Assembly: GCA_037381445.1 (NCBI GenBank)
Contig: JARRQT010000110.1
Span: 1-10,654 of the forward strand
DNA: 10,654 nt
Origin: Calditrichia bacterium
GTDB taxonomy: Bacteria > Calditrichota > Calditrichia > RBG-13-44-9
Reading direction: 5' to 3'
The notes under the pieces were generated by a model. That model had not been told where the DNA came from and searched no databases. It saw only the letters and a program-made list of their open reading frames with translations. This document shows positions 1-5,879 of this stretch, piece after piece; position 1 is the first letter of the stretch, and every line of letters begins with the position of its first letter. The translations under genes and the position numbers were made by a program.

Positions 1-53
1 GCAGAAAATATCACAAACAGAAAAAGGAAAAGAAATGGTAATGCCTTCATCAT
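1..53 (-). CDS. 5' end of an exported or membrane protein gene (signal-peptide-like N-terminus), truncated by the window edge
   Basis: The reverse complement reads ATG ATG AAG GCA TTA CCA TTT CTT TTC CTT TTT CTG TTT GTG ATA TTT TCT GC = MMKALPFLFLFLFVIFSA, a basic residue followed by a hydrophobic run. An SD-like GGGAG (59-63, minus) lies 5-8 nt upstream of the two ATGs. It is not in the ORF track because it is cut off. Confidence 0.6.
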   Translation of the reverse strand, partial: MMKALPFLFLFLFVIFS

Positions 54-157
54 TGTATCTCCCGTTTTAGATAAATCTCCTTTCAATACGGAACTTGAAA
101 GCCGGTTGTTACATTTTATCCCTTTTCAAATTTTTTGCAGTCAGGTTTTCTTTCGGT

Positions 158-186
158 TTGCTTATTGTTCTATCCTATTTTATAAT
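158..186 (+). promoter_or_regulatory. sigma70-type promoter candidate for the DUF1614 gene
   Basis: TTGCTT (158-163), 17-nt spacer, perfect TATAAT (181-186), about 90 nt upstream of ATG 276 in an AT-rich divergent spacer. Confidence 0.5.
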
Positions 187-275
187 TTATGATGATAGGA
201 CAGGGGAGCCATTGCCGATAAAAACCGGGAGTGGTTTAATTCATCTTAAAAAAACACTCCGGAAGGATACCCGAA

Positions 276-962
276 ATGAATTTCAACAAAACGCCTCACG
301 GATGTCTGCCGCTTATTATTCTGATTATTTTTCTCTTTCTTCCCTTTTTCATGGCAGATATCATCCTGAATGCGCTGGCGAAACTGGGATTGAGTCCCGC
401 CTCCGCTTTCATCGGGGCGGCCGGTATTTTCCTGGGCGGCATGATCAATATTCCCGTCAAAAAAATACCACGCGGCAATTCCTTCCAGGTCAGCCGCCAA
501 TCCATGTTCGGCCTGGACCGTTTCTTCCCGCGCGGCCTGCGGGAGACAAATTACACCACCATTGCGGTCAACCTCGGGGGCTGTGTGATCCCCTCCCTGC
601 TGGTCATCTATGAACTTTACCGGGTGGCGGGGGGAGGCTGGGCCGCCGTCTTCGCCGCACTTTTCGCAATTTCCATAAACATTGTGGTGTGCAACCGCCT
701 GGCCCGCCTGGTACCGGGCGTAGGTATCACCATGAACGCGCTGGTCCCCGCCATCGCCGCCTCCCTGTGCGGCGTGTTTCTGATGCCGGAGCTGGCCCCG
801 CAAATCGCCTTTTCGGCCGGGGTACTGGGGCCGCTGGTCGGCGCGGACCTGCTGCATCTGAAAGAAATCGATCAGCTCAATACCAGTCTGGCCAGCATCG
901 GCGGGGCCGGAACATTTGACGGCATCGTGTTGTCGGGTCTGATCGCCACCCTTCTGGCTTAG
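276..962 (+). CDS. DUF1614-family integral membrane protein (228 aa, function unknown)
   Basis: Multiple hydrophobic helices and family-typical motifs GGMINIPV, TTIAVNLGGCVIP, GVLGPLVGADLLHL and ASIGGAGTFDGIVLSG. SD-like GGAAGGA at 261-267. Confidence 0.88.
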   Translation: MNFNKTPHGCLPLIILIIFLFLPFFMADIILNALAKLGLSPASAFIGAAGIFLGGMINIPVKKIPRGNSFQVSRQSMFGLDRFFPRGLRETNYTTIAVNLGGCVIPSLLVIYELYRVAGGGWAAVFAALFAISINIVVCNRLARLVPGVGITMNALVPAIAASLCGVFLMPELAPQIAFSAGVLGPLVGADLLHLKEIDQLNTSLASIGGAGTFDGIVLSGLIATLLA

Positions 963-1117
963 GCTAATTCCGGGATAAAATGAGTTGGCAATCCGCCGTC
1001 GGCTTCAAATAAAAAATTCATCCTTTAAATCGGAAAATTCCCGGCGTAGATTAGTCTGCTTTTTTGCAGCGGAGGAAAAATGGATTCGGAGTTCCTTGCC
1101 ATATTTCGGGAAACAGC

Positions 1118-2074
1118 ATGAATTTTGTCAGAAAATATTTCGCCGTCATTTTCTTATCCATTCCCTTCACCTGGGCCGGTTCCTTTATCGCGGGCAAATA
1201 TGTCATTCATGATATTGATCCCATCGCCAGCGTTTTCCTGCGCTTCTTTCTCTCTTCGCTGGTGATGTTTCCCGCCCTGCTTTACTTTCACCGCAAGTCC
1301 CACCCGGATTTCCGAAACAGGAGGTTCCTCTTCCACCTCTTTCTGGTGGTGCTCACCGCCGGTATCGGCTATCATATATTCTTTTTCTGGGCGCTGGAAT
1401 ACACCTCGCCCACCAACACGGCCCTCATTATTGCCCTCAATCCGTTTTTCACGGCGTTCGGGGAAATTATTTTTTTCAAAAAAGTGCGCCCCCGTAATTT
1501 CTACCTCGGCTTTCTGCTGGCATTCGGCGGCGCGGTCTGGGTGAATATCTCCCGGGGCGGCCATATCGATTTTTCGGCCGTCGGCAAAGGCGAACTGCTT
1601 TGTCTGGCCGCCTCCCTGCTCTGGTCCGTTTACACCATCACCGCCAAGCTTACCAAGGAAGAGGAGTGGGACTCCCTCTGGATCAATGCCTATAACTACC
1701 TGTTCACGGCGCTGCTCATCCTGCCCTTCACCTGGAAAATCTTCCTGCCGTCGTTTCTGAGTATCATATCGGGTCGCGCCTGGCTGGGACTGTGGTATAT
1801 GGCCATTTTCCCCACCGCCATCGGTTATACGCTTTTTTATATCGGGGTGCAGAAAAAGGGGCCGGCCTGGGCGGCGACTTTCATCTACCTGGTGCCATCC
1901 ATCACCGCGGGACTGGACCACTTCTTTTTCAGGGCACGTCTCTCCTTCCCCATGATTACAGGCACCCTGCTGGTGGTCATCGGACTCATGGTGGGAAACA
2001 TGAAATGGAAGGCACTGGCGGTTGCCTCCGCCCGCTTCGGCTACCTGCTCGGCAGGAACGCAAACCGGTCCTGA
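1118..2074 (+). CDS. DMT superfamily (EamA-like) transporter, two EamA repeats, about 10 TM
   Basis: N-terminal FTWAGSFIAGK, DPIASVFLRF, ALEYTSPTNTALIIALNPFFT, GELLCLAASLLWSVYT, TAIGYTLFYIGVQKKGP and ATFIYLVP are typical EamA repeat motifs. Start placed at ATG 1118 rather than the TTG at 1064 because the upstream extension is hydrophilic and unlike the family. Confidence 0.9.
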   Translation: MNFVRKYFAVIFLSIPFTWAGSFIAGKYVIHDIDPIASVFLRFFLSSLVMFPALLYFHRKSHPDFRNRRFLFHLFLVVLTAGIGYHIFFFWALEYTSPTNTALIIALNPFFTAFGEIIFFKKVRPRNFYLGFLLAFGGAVWVNISRGGHIDFSAVGKGELLCLAASLLWSVYTITAKLTKEEEWDSLWINAYNYLFTALLILPFTWKIFLPSFLSIISGRAWLGLWYMAIFPTAIGYTLFYIGVQKKGPAWAATFIYLVPSITAGLDHFFFRARLSFPMITGTLLVVIGLMVGNMKWKALAVASARFGYLLGRNANRS

Positions 2075-2332
2075 ATTCTATCCAAATTTACGAGATTTTT
2101 TCGCCTCCAGACTCCTATCCCTTTGCATGCGGCGGCTGATTTCCTGAAAACGCGCAGAAAGCTGCATCACATAAACGAGCTTTCAGAACATTAACGTCTG
2201 CCCATCGTTAAGAATATGAGTCATCATAATTTTTGAAATACGAATAGCGGCTGAAATGACAAAAACATATTTGGCAAGGCCGTTTGTGAATTCATCATGA
2301 ATATCAACAAATTAACGGAGGGGGAAAAAAAC

Positions 2333-2752
2333 ATGTCGCAGAAAGTTGCAGTCCGGCAATACAGTAATTTCCAGATTGAATTCAGGGCCACCGATCCCGA
2401 AGGCTCCGAATCGGAGGAAATGAAAACCGTGGAAACGGTTTACGACCTGGACCCCTATAATATGCTGCTGGCAAGCCTGGGGGCCTGCACAACCATTGTC
2501 CTGCACACCTATGCGCACAACCGGGGAATAAACCTGGAGCAGGTGGACATTACCCTGGAATATAAGCGCAATTTTAAAGAAGATTGCGAGAACTGCGAAA
2601 AAATAGAACAGTATGATGAACTCATCGAGCAGCGGCTCTCGCTGAAGGGAGACTTCACGCCTGAGCAGAAAAAGAAACTCGATTTTATTTCAGAAAAATT
2701 CTCCATTCATAAAATGCTGGAATCCGGTATAAAGATCAGGTCGCTGCAATAG
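2333..2752 (+). CDS. OsmC/Ohr-family (YhfA-like) protein, 139 aa
   Basis: PYNMLLASLGACTTIVLHTYA carries the first conserved Cys (2486-2488). It also has an EDCENC loop and C-terminal LSLKGDFTPEQKKKL..ISEKFSIHKMLES. A strong SD GGAGGGGG (2317-2324) favours ATG 2333 over ATG 2297. Confidence 0.85.
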   Translation: MSQKVAVRQYSNFQIEFRATDPEGSESEEMKTVETVYDLDPYNMLLASLGACTTIVLHTYAHNRGINLEQVDITLEYKRNFKEDCENCEKIEQYDELIEQRLSLKGDFTPEQKKKLDFISEKFSIHKMLESGIKIRSLQ

Positions 2753-2835
2753 TTGTCCGTCAATTATTTTGCCCGGATTCATCGCGGCGGGATTTGCCGA
2801 AATCATTCTCCGGGCGGACAGAAATCCCGATAGAA

Positions 2836-2868
2836 TATTTATCCGGCTTCCGGAAAAATAAACTTTTT
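2836..2868 (+). terminator. possible intrinsic terminator hairpin downstream of the OsmC gene
   Basis: TATTTATCCGG-CTT-CCGGAAAAATA (2836-2860, 11-position stem with one mismatch) followed after 3 nt by TTTTT (2864-2868). Confidence 0.3.
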
Positions 2869-2908
2869 CACAAAAAATTTTGTAAAAACAGAGAAAGGAG
2901 GCCAGGAA

Positions 2909-3412
2909 ATGAAAATATATGATAACAAGGGAATGCTGATCATTCCCGAACTGGACAAAGTAAAAAAACTTGGCCGCAGAGTGGGGATCACAACCGCAAA
3001 AAACAAAGTCCTTTTGCGGCAGGTATTTTGTCCTGAAGGACATCCACTTATTTCGGATGAGAATCCGAAATTTGACGGAAAGCCCGGCATCCATCTGATT
3101 TGTGAGGGAGACTACATCCGGCAATCTGTCTATCTGAGCCCTTTTCAGGGGGACAATCAGAAAATCTTCAACAAAGATTTCGAGCAAGGAGAAATCATTA
3201 AGGTATTTTGCCCCGTATGCCAGGTTGAATTCCCAAAGCTTGCACCCCACGACTGTAAAACCGATGCCATGTATATCGCCCTCTTTCTGGACAATAAGGC
3301 CAGCTTCAGCAATGCCGCCTGCATCTGCAATATCTGGGGGTGCTATGCCAGCCAACTCCGATTGTCAGGTGAAGTACTGGCTGAAGTGCATATGATGACG
3401 GTTATTCGATAA
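2909..3412 (+). CDS. hypothetical Cys-rich protein, putative two-site zinc-binding protein (167 aa)
   Basis: Clear SD AAAGGAGG just upstream (2894-2901). Eight Cys in motifs CPEGH, LIC, CPVC, HDC and CICNIWGC. Soluble composition. No family confidently recognised. Confidence 0.8.
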   Translation: MKIYDNKGMLIIPELDKVKKLGRRVGITTAKNKVLLRQVFCPEGHPLISDENPKFDGKPGIHLICEGDYIRQSVYLSPFQGDNQKIFNKDFEQGEIIKVFCPVCQVEFPKLAPHDCKTDAMYIALFLDNKASFSNAACICNIWGCYASQLRLSGEVLAEVHMMTVIR

Positions 3413-3688
3413 TTCAATTTCCCGATTTTTAACGCATCTTCTTATCCGGTGGATCTGATAATTTATTTTTCAAAATATTCTTTTAGGAATAATCAGCGCT
3501 TCCTGCGAAGATATAATGCATCCCGGCCGCTTATTTTGTCATGCCGATGCAGGATGTATCTCCTGATTTTTCTGGAAAAGGAGTTCCCGGATTTGACTTC
3601 CCTTTTTTCACCGGCAATTTCTGCAGACACCCCCTGCTGTTTAAGAAACAATCCCCTTTCATAATAAATCACATTCACCCGCATTTCT

Positions 3689-3717
3689 TTGTAGAAACCT
3701 CCCGCATATTATATGGT
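3689..3717 (+). promoter_or_regulatory. weak sigma70-type promoter candidate for the HhH gene
   Basis: TTGTAG (3689-3694), 17-nt spacer, TATGGT (3712-3717), about 60 nt upstream of ATG 3778. Confidence 0.25.
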
Positions 3718-3777
3718 AAGATTGATAAATGGCGCTTTACATTGTTTAAAAACAACAGGAAGGTGGCTGAAAGTGAT

Positions 3778-4662
3778 ATGAGCGGAAAAGATCTTTCAAA
3801 TGAGGACATAGCCCAATACCTGGAAAGGATTGCCGAGCTTCTCGAAGCGCAGGGCGCCAATCCCCACCGGGTGCGGGCGTACCGCAACGGCGCCAACACC
3901 ATCCGCAGTACCGGCGAATCGGTGGTGAATATGGTGCGGAGCAACGACAGAAAAACGCTGGAAAATATGCAGGGTATCGGGAAGGGACTGGCCGGCACCA
4001 TCACAGAGCTGGTCCGGAACGGACGTTCAAATCTGCTGGACAGACTGGAGGGCGAAGTAACGCCGGAAATTCTGTTCGACAGCATCCCCGGCCTGGGAAA
4101 GGAGCTGGCCCACAGGATTCATGAAGAGCTGGGAATTGAAACCCTGGAAGAGCTGGAAATGACCGCCCATGACGGCAGGCTGGAGGAAATTTCCGGTTTC
4201 GGATCGAAACGGATCCAGGCGCTGCAGGACATCCTGGCGGGAATATTGAGTCGGTCGGGCAAACGGCGGAGCTGGCGCTCCGGACAGGGAGCGTCTTCGG
4301 AGGGGACACGTGAACAGCCCGCTGTCGCGCTGCTGTTGGAGGTGGATTCCGAATACCGCCGCAAGGCTGAGCAGGGAAAATTGAAGAAAATTGCTCCCCG
4401 CCGCTTCAATCCGGAGGGCAGGGCCTGGCTCCCCATTCTGCACACCGAACACGGCAAATGGAGTTTCACCGCACTGTATTCAAACACCGCCAGGGCCCAC
4501 GAACTAGACAAAATCCATGACTGGGTGGTCATCTATTACGAACGGGACGGTGAAGAGCAGCAATGCACGGTGGTCACAGAAGAAAAAGGACCGCTGCGCA
4601 ATATGCGGGTCGTCCGGGGCAGAGAGATGGGATGCCGGAATTATTATAAATCGAATCGATAG
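3778..4662 (+). CDS. helix-hairpin-helix DNA-binding protein: PolX-like N-terminal 8-kDa and fingers region plus an uncharacterised C-terminal domain (294 aa)
   Basis: SNEDIAQYLERIAELLEAQGANPHRVRAYRNGA matches the bacterial PolX N-terminus. Three HhH motifs follow (MQGIGKGLA, IPGLGKELA, ISGFGSKRI), along with ELGIETLEELE. There is no GSxRR or DxD palm motif and no PHP domain. Start placed at ATG 3778 (AGGAAGG at 3757-3763), because the 79 upstream codons from 3541 look non-coding. Confidence 0.85.
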   Translation: MSGKDLSNEDIAQYLERIAELLEAQGANPHRVRAYRNGANTIRSTGESVVNMVRSNDRKTLENMQGIGKGLAGTITELVRNGRSNLLDRLEGEVTPEILFDSIPGLGKELAHRIHEELGIETLEELEMTAHDGRLEEISGFGSKRIQALQDILAGILSRSGKRRSWRSGQGASSEGTREQPAVALLLEVDSEYRRKAEQGKLKKIAPRRFNPEGRAWLPILHTEHGKWSFTALYSNTARAHELDKIHDWVVIYYERDGEEQQCTVVTEEKGPLRNMRVVRGREMGCRNYYKSNR

Positions 4663-4702
4663 AATTTAAATATTTTAAATTAAAAAATCAGGAGATTGAA
4701 TT

Positions 4703-5017
4703 ATGGTCTTAGCCGAATTCTCAATGTTTCCTACCGATAAGGGCGAAAGCGTCAGCAAATATGTGGCCCAGATTCTTGATATCATCGACCGCAGCGGACT
4801 CAATTACCAGTTGACAGGAATGGGAACGGTGCTGGAAGGTTCCTGGGACGATGTGATGAAAGTTATCACCGATTGCTTCAAAAAACTGGAGCCGCAAAGC
4901 AACCGCATCACCACCTTCATAAAAACCGATTACCGCAAGGGGGATGAATCCCGCATGACGGCAAAAGTGAAAAAAGTTGAAAAAATATTGAACCGCTCCC
5001 TGAAATCCACTCGCTGA
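4703..5017 (+). CDS. MTH1187/YkoF-fold thiamine-binding family protein (104 aa)
   Basis: AEFSMFP..GESVSKYVA..SGLNYQLTGMGTVLEG.WDDVM..RITTFIKTDYRKG..MTAKVKKVE is the family pattern. SD AGGAG at 4690-4694. Confidence 0.9.
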   Translation: MVLAEFSMFPTDKGESVSKYVAQILDIIDRSGLNYQLTGMGTVLEGSWDDVMKVITDCFKKLEPQSNRITTFIKTDYRKGDESRMTAKVKKVEKILNRSLKSTR

Positions 5018-5020
5018 GAC

Positions 5021-5045
5021 TCCCGCCGAATAGGGATTTATTTTT
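5021..5045 (+). terminator. weak terminator-like hairpin between convergent genes
   Basis: TCCC (5021-5024) pairs with GGGA (5033-5036) and is followed by TTTATTTTT. The stem is only 4 bp. Confidence 0.25.
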
Positions 5046-5436
5046 AAAAAAACGAGATATGCCATTGTCCGGTTTCAATGCGGTCCCGTATGATCCTTTC
5101 GGCCCGGCGGATGTAGATTTCACGGCTAGGCGGCAGCAGCATGCTGATGCCCAGAAAATCGGTGATCAATCCCGGGGTCAGCAGAAGCAAACCGCCGGCC
5201 AGCACAAACACGCCATGCAGCAGCTCCCGTCCGGGCGCCTGCCCTCTGCGAATGGCTTCCTGTATTCGCGAAAGCACCAGCATACCTTCGCTTTTGGCCA
5301 GATAGGCCCCCACAATGGCAGTGAAAAAAATGATCAGGATGGTGTTGAAGGCGCCGATCATGCCGCCGACTTTTATCAGCACATACAGTTCCGCTACGGG
5401 AATTAAAGTAAACAGTAAAAATAATTTTAAGAACAT
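5044..5436 (-). CDS. fxsA: FxsA family cytoplasmic membrane protein (130 aa)
   Basis: LFTLIPVAELYVLIKVGGMIG..T..TAIVGAYLAKSEG and GGLLLLTPGLITDFLG are the FxsA signatures. SD-like GAGGA upstream. Confidence 0.93.
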   Translation of the reverse strand: MFLKLFLLFTLIPVAELYVLIKVGGMIGAFNTILIIFFTAIVGAYLAKSEGMLVLSRIQEAIRRGQAPGRELLHGVFVLAGGLLLLTPGLITDFLGISMLLPPSREIYIRRAERIIRDRIETGQWHISFF

Positions 5437-5879
5437 GTATTTCCTCTGCTTAAAATTCAGAATTAAAATTTAAATTGACACATATTAAAAAGGGAAAATT
5501 AACATTCCAAATAAATACAACAATAGCTACTCATAAGCAGGCATAATGTTTCTTCCTGTGAAAAGTCATAAAACATTTCGAAGATATTTCAGGAAGTGTC
5601 CGGCATAAAGCAGGAAAATCATTGCGGGCAACATCATGAATCTTTCAAAATAAAAATGCCTGCCGCCGCCCACATATCCCCATTAATAAAATGAACTTGT
5701 GGACTCCAAATGTGTATAAACCATAGCTTTATTAATACCACATGATATTGGAACAGGCGGCCTTCTCTGGCCGGAAGCTTTTCTTTTTGGTTATTGTATC
5801 TGTCACCGGAATCAGCCGGATCGCTTTTTAATTGTGCAATTATGGGAGTCGAATGATAACAGGTTAAACGGAGGTAAGA

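Noticed and set aside
246..857. Long overlapping ORFs (246-857, 95-613, 1154-1921, 2690-3355, 7077-7652 and similar)
   Set aside because: These are antisense or alternate-frame shadows of well-supported genes and carry no recognisable motifs.
962..1056. Imperfect long inverted repeat (GGCTAAT..CCGGGA / TCCCGG..ATTAGTC) followed by a T run
   Set aside because: The arms are short, gapped and about 60 nt apart, which fits neither a terminator nor a MITE convincingly.
2271..2288. sigma54-like TTGGCA...TTTG upstream of the OsmC gene
   Set aside because: The required GC at -12, exactly 10 nt after GG, is absent (TG found).
3541..3777. 79-codon N-terminal extension of the HhH ORF in the track
   Set aside because: AT-rich, non-protein-like sequence containing promoter-like elements. 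PolX-like similarity begins only at Met 3778.
5013..5036. CTGAGA...TAGGGA resembling TPP riboswitch fragments beside the thiamine-binding-fold gene
   Set aside because: It is far too short, lacks the CCTGAT and P4/P5 elements, and lies at the 3' end of the gene.
5566..5637. 23-aa hydrophobic minus-strand ORF MMLPAMIFLLYAGHFLKYLRNVL upstream of fxsA
   Set aside because: No SD, and such ORFs arise readily in T-rich DNA. There is no independent support.
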